From Podarcis pityusensis (Eukaryota), in the NCBI GenBank assembly GCA_964106645.2, contig OZ067038.1: a DNA stretch of 64,000 nucleotides; one strand, 5' to 3'. The translations under genes were made by a program, and so were the position numbers. This document shows, one piece after another, positions 62,894-64,000 of the stretch (the stretch's first letter is position 1; each line of letters opens with the position of its first letter). The notes beneath the pieces are model-generated. The model saw only the letters and a list, made by a program, of their open reading frames with translations. It made no database searches and was not told the DNA's origin.

Positions 62894-64000
62894 CTACAAT
62901 GGCAGGAAAGAAGGGAGTGCAATGTTTATTTTCAAAAGGAGATAGACTCTTCTATCAAATGAAATAATGCACAGTATTTGGTTTGTCCTGCAAATGCCAC
63001 ACCCCAGCTGCAAGGTCAAGTGGGGTCTTTCCATACCACCCATTTATTTCCCCTTGATGGGCACCATCCTCAGTGAACTGGCAGGCCACATTCTGCTCTT
63101 AGTTAACGGCCATGCTGCTCTGCACAGAATCTTAAAAGCTGGCAGAGCTGGCTCTGACACCGTCACTGGGATATTTTACTGAAACAATCGCTGCAAGATT
63201 GCATAGTACCATGGGGACCAGTTTTACAAAAACAGGGAGGGCAAAAGTGGGAATTAGATTCCTTTAACGCTGGTGGTAATCATCATGACAGTCATCATCA
63301 CCCACAATTGAAGTTCATTAGCAATCAATAGGCAGCAGAAAGAGCTGGGTTTTTGAACTTACAGAGCTTTTGGGGGCTGTGCCATTTGTCTGGGATCTGG
63401 AGCTGTAGTGCTGCTGCTGAGTGCTGCATTGGCCATTGGTGGAGTTTCCGCCTGCAGGACAAGAATACATTGAGCTCACTTAGCAAGGACAGTATTGCTT
63501 TGTTTGGCAAACAGTCCAACAGTTGGGGCAGCAGGACAGCAACTGGTTGGAGTTGACAAAACTTGGAAGGAGAAATACAATATGCATAAAAATATCAAAC
63601 TTTACCCTTCAAATTCTAGAGGTCTGGATTATGGGTCCATGGCAGACCTCAGTTTCTATGTTAATCAAAACAAGTGTCTTGGCTTCAATTACTCCCATGT
63701 TATGTTTCCCAGTTAATCCTGGAAACTAGTTTATACTGTTACATGGTTGGTTGTTCTAGCCTAATATTGTTCCCTCAGACTGGAAACAGTTCTCCAGGGT
63801 CCCAGGCACTGGTCCTTCTCAGCCCTGCAATGAGAGATCCTGTTAACTGGAGATGCCACAGGCCAACCCTAGGTGTCATGATTCCAGAGTGACCAGGACA
63901 CCAAAATAGAGACTATAGCATCACCGACCTATGAGCTACATCAGGTTCCTGACTCTGTCTCCAATGCTGGTTCAGGGAACCACTGAAGCCCATCTCATAC

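Noticed and set aside
62894-64000. PKP3 N-terminal exons
   Set aside because: No matching peptide found; presumed to lie beyond the window end.

Overview
Eukaryotic (vertebrate) genomic DNA from a squamate reptile. Sauria SINEs point to a lizard; a lacertid is my inference. The window holds two spliced genes arranged tail-to-tail, as at human 11p15.5. SIGIRR/IL-1R8 lies on the + strand (coding exons ~20905/21071-39620; candidate promoter ~7400-8140). PKP3 (plakophilin-3) lies on the - strand (11 coding exons, 46461-62893; the N-terminal exons are outside the window). Bases 1-~2000 look like the 3' UTR end of an unidentified + strand gene. The rest is intronic or intergenic DNA with SINEs, LINE fragments, hAT and Tc1/mariner MITEs and microsatellites. 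Main finding: this 'single-Ig' receptor gene has an intact extra 348-nt exon (21071-21418) encoding a second, IL-1R D2-type Ig domain. That predicts a double-Ig (DIGIRR-like) SIGIRR in an amniote. The last codons of that exon (ATG GCA G) match the start of mammalian SIGIRR. All exon boundaries were derived by hand from GT-AG sites and phase continuity. Homologies are from recall of the human and mouse proteins, not from a database search.
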